From Fimbriimonadia bacterium (GTDB taxonomy: Bacteria; Armatimonadota; Fimbriimonadia; Fimbriimonadales; JABRVX01), in the NCBI GenBank assembly GCA_041483895.1, contig JBGPGO010000003.1:32001-96000 (forward strand): 64,000 nt of DNA. The letters are read 5' to 3'. Below the pieces are notes generated by a model. That model made no database searches, was not told the origin of the DNA, and saw only the letters and a program-made list of their open reading frames with translations. The position numbers and the translations under genes are program-made. Shown here in pieces: positions 10,420-20,679 of this stretch (the first letter of the stretch is position 1; the number at the start of each line of letters is the position of its first letter).

Positions 10420-12183
10420 GTGAGACGGTTTATTAAATCGTTCCTGGCAAAAGTGGTCAGTCGGGTCTTGGTAGTGACGATGGTTGTCGTCACCTGCCAA
10501 ACAACGTTCGTACGCTCCGCGCACGCCCAAAGGGCGGCAATTCCCAATTGGGCAGTCGTGGAGTTTGTGAACAAGTCCAACTATGGCGGAACCGCGATCG
10601 CGGCCATTGCAACCGACTCGGTTATTCGAGAATTTCAAAAGAACGGCAAGTATGAGATCGCGCCCAAGGCGACGGTCGAGCAGCAGATGAAGGAGCTTGG
10701 GCTTGCTCCGCCATTGGATCGATTGAAGGTCATGAACCTCGGCCAGGAACTGAATGTGGACGCGATTGTCGCCGGCGAGATCAATCAGATCACGATCTCG
10801 GACAAGGGCGCAAAGCAGGCCAAGGTGATCATGAGCGTTTACGTTTATGATTCGTCTTCCGGTCGAGCCGTTTCAGGGGCAACCGGCGTGACGGGGATCA
10901 GCACCGGTCGGGTCGGCCTTACCGGTGGTGAGGACGCTCTGGTCCAGGAGGCCATTCAGTTGGCAGCGCTGGAAGCGGTCGCAAAGATATCCAGCCTGCA
11001 TATCGCGGACGCGACCATCCTGTTTGCGGGACCTGAAAAGGTTATCATGAACAAGGGGTCTCGCGAGGGCCTGAAGGTCGGCATGGAGATGCTGATCCTT
11101 CGGTACGGCGAATATGTCGCAACGGTGAAGCTGGGTGAGGTTTCCGGCGATGATGCCACCGGATCGATATTAGACAGCGCGAAGGGCGTGCGGCCCGGCG
11201 ACAAGGCGAGGGCGATTTTCCCCGTTACGGAAGTGAAGGTTAAAGGTGGCGAGGTGGTACGAGGCGCGCCACGCGGCACCAAGAACATTAGCGGCATCTT
11301 TACCACAGTGCTGGTCGTCGGCCTCGTATTGATGCTTCTATCGAAAGGCAGCGGCGGCGGGAATTCTGCGACCGATAGCGTGAAAGCCGAATCGGTTAAC
11401 GACAATACGACCCTGGGAGCGGCCGTCCGGGTCAGTTGGAACACGAATCTATTCGCGAAGAACAACGCGGGCAGGGTCGAATGGCATATCTGGCGATCGG
11501 GCTCCGTGCTGCCGGTAGGGGTCGCCAACGGCAATCTAAACTTCTTTATCGATGACACGAATTCGCTGTTGACGCAGTGGCACGACGGTCGAGGCCAGCC
11601 AAGCTATCCGACCTGCGCCGACGATCCGGGTTCAACGGACCTTCAGGAGGGCGCCGTTCAGCCGGGAACCACTTATTCGTATTCACTGTCCCTATTCTAT
11701 AAGATCAATTCGGCTGATATTGGTGGTGGCGGCGGCGGCACCGCCACGGAATGCTTCTTCGAGAGCGACCAGCGCACAGCCGATGGGGTTGCTACGGCGC
11801 TCGACCGAGGCGTGCTGCAGTTGCCTCCGAACCAGTCCGAAAGCGTGGACCTGCGAACCGTATCGTTCTCGTGGGAATCGGTGCTGGGCGCCAACGCATA
11901 CGTAGTGGAATTGTCAACCGACATTACGTTTAACAATAGGAATGCTATCAAGGTTGTGGCGGAGGTCAATACGGCTCAGTTCGGTGGAATCGTCAGCACG
12001 ACCATCCTCGATCTTCGAAGCCTGTTTCCCAACGCCACCAAGCTGTATTGGCGAGTTGGGGCGAAAAATCTGGGCGATAACCCCGGCCCGGTGCCCGATC
12101 GAATTGGCAAACGGTACGTCTTTTCATTGCCGTTCGAATTCACACCGGTTGAGGGCCCGCCGCCTCCGCCCGGCGGTAAATAA
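10420..12183 (+). CDS. Secreted/membrane protein with CsgG/TolB_N-like domain, FlgT-C-like domain, internal hydrophobic helix and FN3-like domains
   Basis: Signal peptide (AHA-Q); WAVVEFVN...LGQELNVDAIVAGEI; VIMNKGSREGLKVG...VRPGDKA; IFTTVLVVGLVLMLL; FSWESVLGANAYVVELS...LYWRVGA. Confidence 0.6.
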   Translation: MRRFIKSFLAKVVSRVLVVTMVVVTCQTTFVRSAHAQRAAIPNWAVVEFVNKSNYGGTAIAAIATDSVIREFQKNGKYEIAPKATVEQQMKELGLAPPLDRLKVMNLGQELNVDAIVAGEINQITISDKGAKQAKVIMSVYVYDSSSGRAVSGATGVTGISTGRVGLTGGEDALVQEAIQLAALEAVAKISSLHIADATILFAGPEKVIMNKGSREGLKVGMEMLILRYGEYVATVKLGEVSGDDATGSILDSAKGVRPGDKARAIFPVTEVKVKGGEVVRGAPRGTKNISGIFTTVLVVGLVLMLLSKGSGGGNSATDSVKAESVNDNTTLGAAVRVSWNTNLFAKNNAGRVEWHIWRSGSVLPVGVANGNLNFFIDDTNSLLTQWHDGRGQPSYPTCADDPGSTDLQEGAVQPGTTYSYSLSLFYKINSADIGGGGGGTATECFFESDQRTADGVATALDRGVLQLPPNQSESVDLRTVSFSWESVLGANAYVVELSTDITFNNRNAIKVVAEVNTAQFGGIVSTTILDLRSLFPNATKLYWRVGAKNLGDNPGPVPDRIGKRYVFSLPFEFTPVEGPPPPPGGK

Positions 12184-12224
12184 GATATCGGTTATCGGTA
12201 TTGGAGAAGAGGTGGTTGGTTAAG

Positions 12225-15194
12225 ATGAAGCCTATATCTCGATTAATCTGGCTCGCAGTTGCCGCATCGCTTGCAGTCAATATGGCGTTTGCGCAAGCTG
12301 GTGCGTCATCTCGGCGATTGAGCAAGCAAGAGATTCGGGCACAGATGGATCGGGTCGTCAAGGGCCAGATACTCATCTCGCTCGACCCAGGGGCGACCGT
12401 AGAACAGGCCAAACAGTTCGCGGCGAAACATGATATCGAATTCGTTCGCGCTATGCGCGTGCCGGATCGATTTGTGTTTCGTATCAAACAGTGGCAGTCG
12501 GTCGATATGGAGCAGCTGACGGTCGCCAAGGTGGGCGATCTCGTGGGGGTACCTGGGACGCGTTTCGTCGAAGCCAACCGATATCGGATCATTTTGGACC
12601 AAAGCCCGAACGACCCTCTCTACGGCCAGATGTGGGCGCTCAAGCAGATCAAGGCCCCACAGGCCTGGGATTTCCAAAAGGGTGTGGACGGAATCACGAT
12701 CTGCATTCTCGATACGTCTATCGAAATCAGCCATCCGGATTTCCAGCTTCCGGGCGGGAAATCGCGAATGCTGACGGGATACAACGCGGACGGCAACGGA
12801 ACGGATCCGAGCCCGGATCCGGATTGGCCCTTTTCGCATGGCACCAACTGTGCCAGCCTCCCCTGCGCAACCACGGATAATGGCCTCATGATTTCCGGTC
12901 TGTGCTGGGAGGGAGTGAAGGTATATCCCATTCGGGCAACCGACAATCCATTCTTTTTCCCGTTTGACCTGCTGCAGGAGTCGTATCAGCGCGTCAAGGA
13001 TTACAACCTTGAATCGGGTCATCCGAAGGTAGCGGTGCTAAGCTTGAGCATTGGTGGGAATTTCAAGTCCCAACCCGAAGGAGACCTGCTAAAGGCCATC
13101 CGCGCCCAAGGGACATTGATTTTCGCCGCGGCCGGCAACGAACGGCCCTTCCTTCCGGCAGGCTACCCGGCGACCTGGCCGGATGTTATCTCCGTGGCGG
13201 CAACCGCTAATGGCGGCGGAATCGCCAGCTACTCCAGTTTCGGCGACGCGGGCCGAACCTCGAGCAAGGTCGACCTGGCAGCGCCGGGCGGCGACGGCTT
13301 TGGCGTGGACCAGGAGATGACGCTGTTGGAGATGGTCTTACGCGGCGCTACCTCTACGGGCGTTGGCACCTCCTATGCATGTCCGATGGCTGCGGGCGCG
13401 GCAGCACTGCTGCTTTCCGCCGGCGTTGGTGTGGACGAAGTGTTCGATGTGCTGAAGCAGACGGCGGATACTCATGGACTCGGCGTTCCGAACATCGACT
13501 ACGGCTTCGGCGAAATCAATCTGTTTGAAGCGCTCAAGAATTACGGCGGGTCCGCCTCGTTCATCGTGCCCAAGAGCGGTGATGTGTACGAATATCGAAA
13601 CATACACATCCAAGCGCGATTCAACAACATCTTGACTGATACAATCAAGCTCTACGACGGCGATACGGAGCTTCCGTATGGGGACCTGATCGACAAGGGA
13701 TCGACGAAGGAAATCGACACGTATCACGTGTTTTCCAATGGAACCCATACGCTTTCGATTGGCGGCACCAGTTCGATCGATGGCAAAGTAGTTGATCCGA
13801 AACCGACGGTAACTTTCAAGGTTCAGCCACACACCCAGATTAGCGGCACAACGATGTTTGCGGTCCCATACGGGATCGGCGACTCCGTGCCGGCGGACCT
13901 GTTTGGCGCGAACTTCCGTTTGCAGCGATTTGTGTATCAAAGAGATGCGCTCGGAAATGCCTTGGATGCCGGCAATTGGTACCGATATCCGGATCCGCTC
14001 GCGAGCTTCCATCCGCCGACAGACTTTGTGACAGTTGATGGTTTGACGGACCCAATCGATCCGATTGGCCGGGCATACTTCCTGACCATCGACGTCGCAA
14101 CGCCGCTCTCGGTCATCGACGGCGCCAATACGTCCGTGTCGTATCGAATCCCTCTGAATCCGGGTTGGCAGATGTTTGGAAACCCGTTCCCATTTGTCAT
14201 TGATTGGAATACCGTCGAGGTCGATTCGATCAATCAGCGGCTGACCCTTCAGGAGGCCATCGATCAAGAGTACGTTCGGCCGCAAATCTTCCGCTGGTCC
14301 CCGATTGCCCTTGGCTACACGTGGCGAACGAACAAAGATAACGGCCAGATCTACGCTTGGGAAGGCGCTTGGGTCTTTGCGCGCAAGCGATGCTGGTTGG
14401 TCGTTCACCCGATACAGACGGTGGGCAGAGCGGCTGGCGGAGACGGCAGGCCGAACATCGCAGGCGATGGTTGGGCGCTCCGGCTCTCCGCTACGGCCGG
14501 GGGGCATTCGGACGTCAGCAATTACATCGGGGCGACCGCAAGTCCCAATCCGAACTATGACATCGTTCCTAAGGCGCCGTCGCCGATGAACGATATTTCT
14601 CTCGTCATCCAATCCTCCGACGCCAAATCCGCCCTGGCCCAGTACCTGATGGATCGAAACGCTCGGAAGCAGGAGTGGACCTTCACTGTGTCTACGGCCA
14701 AAGGCGGTGAGGATGTAACGTTGAATTGGGACGTGATCGTCAGGCCCACGACGGAAATGAACTATACATTGGTGGATACGATTAACGGTCGAAGAGTATC
14801 CATGAATGCTACGACATCCTATCGCTTCCAGTCTTCGCAGGACGGCGTGGCCCGCAAGTTCAAGGTCATTGCGACCCCAAGCGGCGCTGCCAAGCTGGTA
14901 GTAACGGCAGTGATTGTCTCTTCGTCCAACTCGCGGGGCGGATCGAGCTTCGTGGTTCGATATTCCCTCAACAAGGACGCCCAGGTCAGCGTGGCGGTCC
15001 TTTCGGCGACCGGCAAGCGGATCGCTACGATTGCGGACGGTGGACGCGCGGTCGGAGCCAACACCGCGACGTGGAATGGCCGCGACGGCGCGGGCATCGC
15101 GCAAGCGCCCGGCGTCTATATGGCCGAAATCACGGCAACCAGCTCGAATGGAGAACGGGTAAGGGTCGTCAGCCCAATCGTGCTGACCAGGTAG
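12225..15194 (+). CDS. Secreted subtilisin-like S8 serine peptidase with shared C-terminal module and FlgD-type Ig domain
   Basis: Catalytic D (ILDTS), H (SHGT), oxyanion N (AAAGNE), S (GTSYACP); PNDPLYGQMWAL; C-terminus ...PIVLTR. Confidence 0.9.
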   Translation: MKPISRLIWLAVAASLAVNMAFAQAGASSRRLSKQEIRAQMDRVVKGQILISLDPGATVEQAKQFAAKHDIEFVRAMRVPDRFVFRIKQWQSVDMEQLTVAKVGDLVGVPGTRFVEANRYRIILDQSPNDPLYGQMWALKQIKAPQAWDFQKGVDGITICILDTSIEISHPDFQLPGGKSRMLTGYNADGNGTDPSPDPDWPFSHGTNCASLPCATTDNGLMISGLCWEGVKVYPIRATDNPFFFPFDLLQESYQRVKDYNLESGHPKVAVLSLSIGGNFKSQPEGDLLKAIRAQGTLIFAAAGNERPFLPAGYPATWPDVISVAATANGGGIASYSSFGDAGRTSSKVDLAAPGGDGFGVDQEMTLLEMVLRGATSTGVGTSYACPMAAGAAALLLSAGVGVDEVFDVLKQTADTHGLGVPNIDYGFGEINLFEALKNYGGSASFIVPKSGDVYEYRNIHIQARFNNILTDTIKLYDGDTELPYGDLIDKGSTKEIDTYHVFSNGTHTLSIGGTSSIDGKVVDPKPTVTFKVQPHTQISGTTMFAVPYGIGDSVPADLFGANFRLQRFVYQRDALGNALDAGNWYRYPDPLASFHPPTDFVTVDGLTDPIDPIGRAYFLTIDVATPLSVIDGANTSVSYRIPLNPGWQMFGNPFPFVIDWNTVEVDSINQRLTLQEAIDQEYVRPQIFRWSPIALGYTWRTNKDNGQIYAWEGAWVFARKRCWLVVHPIQTVGRAAGGDGRPNIAGDGWALRLSATAGGHSDVSNYIGATASPNPNYDIVPKAPSPMNDISLVIQSSDAKSALAQYLMDRNARKQEWTFTVSTAKGGEDVTLNWDVIVRPTTEMNYTLVDTINGRRVSMNATTSYRFQSSQDGVARKFKVIATPSGAAKLVVTAVIVSSSNSRGGSSFVVRYSLNKDAQVSVAVLSATGKRIATIADGGRAVGANTATWNGRDGAGIAQAPGVYMAEITATSSNGERVRVVSPIVLTR

Positions 15195-15213
15195 AGAGGA
15201 GTTACGGATAGTT

Positions 15214-17979
15214 ATGAAGCTCAATCGGATCTGTAAAATCGCAAGCGTACTGGCAGTACTGGGAGGTTTGTGCCTTATCCCGATGAAGGCTCAGGCACAA
15301 GTATGGTTTGATTGTCTTGCTGACCACACGATAACCACCGACGACATTTGGGTAAAGCTTTCTAGTGATTTATTAGGAGTCTGGATCGGCGCGAGCGGAT
15401 CGATTACTTGGGGCAATGACGGTGACAATTCAGATGACGACAAATTCAATGATCCCGAAGCGGTCTGTTTTCTTACACCGATCACCGGTGAGGTCCAAGG
15501 GCGGTTTGCATTCTGGTCGGATCAAGGCTCACTGTTCACCGATCGGGACGACTTAGTTGCAATCACATTTGGCAGCCCATGGGCCAGTGGCGAGTGGTGC
15601 TACGCAACGATTCGAGTAGTTGACGGTACCACTACGACCGACAAGATTTGGGGAAGCAGCGAAGGGGGCACAATCCTTCCCACCAATCCGGGCGCAAGTA
15701 ACAATTATCTGCGGGGAGTATGGAATTACAACGGCCCGCAGGTCTGGTGCGATATGCGCATAGACATGCTGGGCGACACTGCGCGGATTCGTTGGGACTT
15801 CTACAATTTTGAGAATCACGTCGTCCAGGTTGGTCTGCGCTTTGGCCAGTGGATCGCGCCAAAGCAGGCCGACAATTCATCCCGCGGTTTCATTGACAAC
15901 GATTACATTATCGTTCCCGGCCAACGTCCGAAACAGGTGGACTATATCGCCGACCGGCTGGAGATCGGGAGCTCCAAAATGCCGCCCTACGTTGACTTTT
16001 ATTTTGGCCAGTCGGACTTTGCGCCGGATTTCAGGCAATGGATCAAGCGCGACAATCAACACCCGGATCTAACGCAAGTCGATCGGTTTGAGCTAATGGA
16101 GCACACCCGCCTTCTCCTCGGACGTCGATGGCAGGGATTCCATGTTCCCGACCTGCCGCTCGTAGACCCGACGTACGCCGTCTTTTATAATCCGGTGAAT
16201 GTAGCTCCCAATTCGCTGGACGACTTCAACAAGGGCAAGCCTGGGCTGCGAATTATTCAGTACATGGGCCTGGCGAACGGCGCCAGCGACGTGACCTTAC
16301 CCGTCGCTGTAACTACCGAAGCGCCAAAGGCGCTTCAATTCTCGAGCAGCAGCCTCAACGGCTTGTCGCCCAACCCGTTCAAGATTTATGGGACGGTCAC
16401 AAACGGCTATTCTGTTGTGGACCAAGAGTTGGACCTTACGAACATCACCCTGGCGGTGTCGCTGCCACCCGGATTCAAAGTCACCGATGGTCAAGTCCAA
16501 AAGACAATCGCAAGGCTCGGACCCAACGACAGTCAACAAGTAAGCTGGGATGTAGAGTCGGACGGCACGTCCAGCGGAGAGTTGAGTTATCGAGTGGCGG
16601 TAAGCGCCTCCCCCGCGAACGCCAAGACGATTACCAACACGATGCTGGTATCGCCGACCAACCGGCTGAAAACAACGCCGGGTTACAACCTCGTGTCATT
16701 ACCATTCACGTTTGACGACGCGCGTTTTGACACGATTTTCGGAGTGAGCGGACTCAAGACGATCTCGATCGACCAGTTGACCGGCCGATACATTCCGATC
16801 GATACAGCGGTTCGCGGGCAGGGTGTCTGGCTGGATACCGGGGAATCGAATGTGTTCTCCCTCAATGGAGCGCATACTCCGACCGGCCAGCAGACCAGCA
16901 GCTTCCCGTATTCGCTGCAAAGTGGCTGGCAGATGATTGGCGACCCGTGGCTGTATCCGGTGCCGCTCGGCCAAATCATATTCGTGGGCTCCGACGATCC
17001 GACGAAATCATTCAACATCCAGGATGCCATCAACCTGAAGTGGATCAAGGGTGTCCTGTATTACTTCGATAAAGCCCTCGGCGAGTATTTGTTCACCCAG
17101 GACTTGTCCACGGCCGTGCAACCGATGGTTGGTTATTGGGTCAAAGTGACAGCCCTAAAGCCGGTACAGATGATTTGGCCTCCGGTCTTCGCGGTCGGCG
17201 TCGGCGGCAGTCCGCGCGCCACTATCGATCCTTGGTTGCCAAAGCCAGGCCACTACCGTCTGCAGATTGCCGCCCGCACGAAGGCTGCCGCGGATACACA
17301 AACATATTTCGGTGTGTCGGCTGACAGCAACGATGGAGCAGATAACAACGACATTCCCGAACCGCCTATGGTGCCCGACTGCAAGCTTAACGTATCCATC
17401 GATCACTCCGATTGGGGTCAAGACGCGGGGCTCTACGCGCAGGATGTCCGCTCCAGCAGCCAGCAGAATCACACATGGTTCTTCACGGTAAACAGCTATG
17501 AAGACGCTGACGTGACGATGACGTGGCCAAACCTATCGCAACTGCCGAAAGACGTGGCATATCGGTTGACCGATCTGCAATCCGGAATTGTTCGGAATCT
17601 GCGGGGGGTCTCGGCCTATACGTTCCACACGGCAGAAGGACAGAGGAAGTTCAAGCTAGAGCAGGTGCCGGGAACTCCGGGCAAAGTCGCGATTACCGGC
17701 ATGAACACAAGCCAAGGCCGGAGCTCCGGCGTCACGATCCAGTACTCCCTCAGCGGCGAGGCAACGACATCGGTCCGTGTCTTGAGCGCGGCGGGCAAGC
17801 TGGTGCAGACGATCTCGGCAAGCCGAGCGGAGGGTGTCGGCGCGCAGAGCCACGTTTGGAATACGCGGGACGCCCAAGGGATTGCGATGCCGCCCGGTTC
17901 CTACATCATTGAAGTTACGGCAGTTACCACGGACGGACAGGTGGCGCGCGTCGTGCGGCCCCATGTTTTGACGCGATAG
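15214..17979 (+). CDS. Secreted beta-rich protein with shared C-terminal module and FlgD-type Ig domain
   Basis: Signal peptide (AQA-Q); GYNLVSLPF, GWQMIGDPW, WNTRDAQGIAMPPGSY...PHVLTR. Confidence 0.75.
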   Translation: MKLNRICKIASVLAVLGGLCLIPMKAQAQVWFDCLADHTITTDDIWVKLSSDLLGVWIGASGSITWGNDGDNSDDDKFNDPEAVCFLTPITGEVQGRFAFWSDQGSLFTDRDDLVAITFGSPWASGEWCYATIRVVDGTTTTDKIWGSSEGGTILPTNPGASNNYLRGVWNYNGPQVWCDMRIDMLGDTARIRWDFYNFENHVVQVGLRFGQWIAPKQADNSSRGFIDNDYIIVPGQRPKQVDYIADRLEIGSSKMPPYVDFYFGQSDFAPDFRQWIKRDNQHPDLTQVDRFELMEHTRLLLGRRWQGFHVPDLPLVDPTYAVFYNPVNVAPNSLDDFNKGKPGLRIIQYMGLANGASDVTLPVAVTTEAPKALQFSSSSLNGLSPNPFKIYGTVTNGYSVVDQELDLTNITLAVSLPPGFKVTDGQVQKTIARLGPNDSQQVSWDVESDGTSSGELSYRVAVSASPANAKTITNTMLVSPTNRLKTTPGYNLVSLPFTFDDARFDTIFGVSGLKTISIDQLTGRYIPIDTAVRGQGVWLDTGESNVFSLNGAHTPTGQQTSSFPYSLQSGWQMIGDPWLYPVPLGQIIFVGSDDPTKSFNIQDAINLKWIKGVLYYFDKALGEYLFTQDLSTAVQPMVGYWVKVTALKPVQMIWPPVFAVGVGGSPRATIDPWLPKPGHYRLQIAARTKAAADTQTYFGVSADSNDGADNNDIPEPPMVPDCKLNVSIDHSDWGQDAGLYAQDVRSSSQQNHTWFFTVNSYEDADVTMTWPNLSQLPKDVAYRLTDLQSGIVRNLRGVSAYTFHTAEGQRKFKLEQVPGTPGKVAITGMNTSQGRSSGVTIQYSLSGEATTSVRVLSAAGKLVQTISASRAEGVGAQSHVWNTRDAQGIAMPPGSYIIEVTAVTTDGQVARVVRPHVLTR

Positions 17980-17998
17980 CTAGCCAAGGAGGGTTTGC

Positions 17999-18715
17999 GT
18001 GAATCGAACGAAATGGATATTGTTGGCCGCCGCGCTTGGCGTGGCGGCCTTCGCCTCGGCCCAGCAGAAGATGGCCAAGAACCCGATCACGATCTTCGAT
18101 TTCGCCACGCCGGAAAACGTCACGGCTCAAGAAGGGTTCAACCCGGCGGAGTTGCTCCGATTCGGCATCAGCGAGCGGTTGGAGAAGACGGACAACTACC
18201 AGCCCCTGCGATTCAATTTGAAATCGCCGACCGTCCAGTTGGCGCTCGTCGAAGGGCGAATGACTTTGGAGCAGACAAGACCGCCGTTCAACGAACCTGT
18301 GGGCAACAGTTGGAAAGCCGTTGAAGTTGGCAAGAAGATCAAAACCCCATTTGCAATGGCCGGCTCGATTGATAGCTACAAGTATGACGATGCGAAAAAA
18401 CAGGGCAGCATTGTGGTCAGCCTGGACGTCTATGATGTTCAGGGGGACAAGATCATGGTCAGCGCCGCAGTGACCGGTGAAGCTAAGGGAACGGCGGGAA
18501 GCAACGAAGTGGGCGTCATGGCGCAGGCCATCGATGATGCCGCCACCAAGATCTATCAACAGATATCCGAGCCGCTTGGCGTAGGCAAAATGACGATTTT
18601 GGAAAAGACCGACGAAGGCAAGAAGAAGCAGATCAGCGCCAGGTTTACGAAAACGATGTTCGCCGCGTCGGTCATCGGTCTTGCTATCATCGTCTTAAGC
18701 ATGCGAGGCAACTAA
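17999..18715 (+). CDS. Secreted CsgG/TolB_N-like domain protein with C-terminal hydrophobic helix
   Basis: Signal peptide (ASA-Q); ITIFDF...VGKKIKTPFAMAGSIDSY...VSLDVYDV.G; C-terminal MFAASVIGLAIIVLS. Confidence 0.55.
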   Translation: MNRTKWILLAAALGVAAFASAQQKMAKNPITIFDFATPENVTAQEGFNPAELLRFGISERLEKTDNYQPLRFNLKSPTVQLALVEGRMTLEQTRPPFNEPVGNSWKAVEVGKKIKTPFAMAGSIDSYKYDDAKKQGSIVVSLDVYDVQGDKIMVSAAVTGEAKGTAGSNEVGVMAQAIDDAATKIYQQISEPLGVGKMTILEKTDEGKKKQISARFTKTMFAASVIGLAIIVLSMRGN

Positions 18716-18744
18716 GACCCCGTGGGGAGACGGACTATCGTGCG

Positions 18745-20676
18745 ATGAAGGCAACACTCGGTCTCCTGATTCTGATCACTTCGTCGGCGTTCTGCCAGCA
18801 GGTCGCGACCGTCGAGTTGGTCGCCTATCCGGATATGGCGGTGGCAGACGGGAATTCCACGCTGTCTGTCAGCGCCACGGTGCGAGATCGCAACGGCAAT
18901 TATGTTCCCGACGGTACGCAAGTTGCTTTCACAGTCTCATCCGGCCAATTCAATGATTCGGTGGTAGGAACGCAGGGTGGTGTCGCGCGGGCTAGCTTGG
19001 TGGCACCGAACATTCCCGGAAAATCGAAGATCACGGCGTCGGTCGTCAGCTACGCGGGGGTCGCTGACATAACCGTGGAGTTCGTGTCCGATCCCTCGCA
19101 GATCCGCCGTACGACCTCGTATGTCGAAGTGACAGGCAAGACATATCTCGCTTATGCCGTCGACCAACAGACGATTGCCGCTACCGGCTCCGGCCAGACG
19201 GCGCACGTCACATATCGGAATGTCAACGTATATGCGGACGACCTGCAGCTCGAGTTGGGGCCGATGGTGCTGATCGCATACAACGCCAAATTGCAGGTGG
19301 GGAGCGGTGAAATCCAGGCGGCCCAGCTCCATTACAACATCCGGGACAAGATTGGCACGGCTGTGATTACCGAGGACGGCAAGGATGTGATGGTGCAGTT
19401 GGATGGTGTGGAGGCAAAGCACCTGGAGCGCACGCAGGACCCGGAAGTGTATCGCGACGAGTACCGGTTCATGGAGCTGACGAATTCCACCACACAGATC
19501 CTCGCAAATAGCATCATCGTGAATCCCGGCCGAGAGGTACTGTTCACCCACGCGAAGGTCTATGTGGGAGCGAACAAGCTGATGTCGATGCCGTTCTATT
19601 CTTTGGATATGCTGAGGCAGGGCGGAATCTTCAACGATCAGATGTTCGGTGTTAACCAAGACGGCGTGTCGCTCGATCTGCCTTATTATGTTAGTCTTGG
19701 ACCTCGGCAATCCAGCTCGCTTCGCCTGCGATCCCAATACACGGGGGGCCGGACCTATACATCATCACGGGGAACTACGCTTGACTGGGTCACGAAGTAT
19801 TCCGATAACGACGCTTATTCCGGGGACTTTACGATCAACGATCTGTCCAGCGATCACTTCGGAGCTACGATTCGGCATACGCAGAACTTTTCGAAAAATC
19901 TCCATGGATATTTCCTGCTCGATTCTCCGCGGCATGAGAGCCTCTATGGCTATGCAAATCTCTCGCACGAATTCTCGAATTATCGCGCATCGTTCTCCAT
20001 GTCCGGCTCGCGGGGGCTGACAAGAACAACGAGCAACGATCGGCGCGCGGATTTTTCAATCGACACAAATGCCAAGAAGCTTTTCGGCGGTCTGATCAGC
20101 CACTCAATCGGCGTTACGACATCCTACCATCAGTATGACGGAAGCTCCGCGCCGATTGTCCAACAGGGCTATGGACTTCGATATCGAGTGCGTACGGCGC
20201 AGGCGAGGTTTGGATTCGGCAGCGTTGGGGCCGGACTAACCATGACAAAACTGTGGGGTTCGAATCAAGTCTCAGGAGTCGGGCTCATAGGCAACATCAG
20301 TTCAGCTATGACCATCACGCCCACAGCGACAATGACAGTTAACTATGAGTATAACCAAGGTCAAAGCGGTCCCGGCATTTTTGGGAGACAAAGAATTTCG
20401 ACAGGACTTCTCGGCGAATTCGGATCCTTCTCGACGAGCGCATATCTGAGCAGGAGCTTGGATGAGAACTTCGTGACCCTATTCCTTGATAACTCGATCC
20501 AACTTTCGAAAACGTGGCGCATTGCCTACAGCTACACAGGCGACAGCGCACTTGGGTCGTCGTTTAAGGACTATTCTTTTGTGATTGGCTTCCGGATTGG
20601 CATACGCGAGATCGGGCTTCGCTGGTCTTACCTGACGAACCGAATCGGTTTCGAGCTGCTCTCGGCCGGATTCTGA
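18745..20676 (+). CDS. Putative outer-membrane protein: invasin/Big_1-like Ig domain + LptD-like region + beta-barrel-like C-terminus
   Basis: VADG.STL.VSATVRD.NG..VPDGT.V.F (invasin Ig); YADDLQL, QAAQLHYN..DKIG, A.VYVG..LMSMPFY, LDLPYY (LptD-like); amphipathic beta strands; terminal Phe. Confidence 0.6.
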   Translation: MKATLGLLILITSSAFCQQVATVELVAYPDMAVADGNSTLSVSATVRDRNGNYVPDGTQVAFTVSSGQFNDSVVGTQGGVARASLVAPNIPGKSKITASVVSYAGVADITVEFVSDPSQIRRTTSYVEVTGKTYLAYAVDQQTIAATGSGQTAHVTYRNVNVYADDLQLELGPMVLIAYNAKLQVGSGEIQAAQLHYNIRDKIGTAVITEDGKDVMVQLDGVEAKHLERTQDPEVYRDEYRFMELTNSTTQILANSIIVNPGREVLFTHAKVYVGANKLMSMPFYSLDMLRQGGIFNDQMFGVNQDGVSLDLPYYVSLGPRQSSSLRLRSQYTGGRTYTSSRGTTLDWVTKYSDNDAYSGDFTINDLSSDHFGATIRHTQNFSKNLHGYFLLDSPRHESLYGYANLSHEFSNYRASFSMSGSRGLTRTTSNDRRADFSIDTNAKKLFGGLISHSIGVTTSYHQYDGSSAPIVQQGYGLRYRVRTAQARFGFGSVGAGLTMTKLWGSNQVSGVGLIGNISSAMTITPTATMTVNYEYNQGQSGPGIFGRQRISTGLLGEFGSFSTSAYLSRSLDENFVTLFLDNSIQLSKTWRIAYSYTGDSALGSSFKDYSFVIGFRIGIREIGLRWSYLTNRIGFELLSAGF

Positions 20677-20679
20677 TTC

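Noticed and set aside
13338..15224. Long antisense ORFs (also 2538..3758, 33764..35194, 41776..42921, 61775..62983)
   Set aside because: Shadow ORFs opposite well-supported genes in GC-rich DNA, with no motifs.
4716..20676. Flagellar (flgD/flgT), curli (csgG) or canonical T9SS operon
   Set aside because: Only isolated domain resemblances; no flagellar structural, csgA/B/E/F or porK-N-like genes were recognised, so no gene symbols were assigned.
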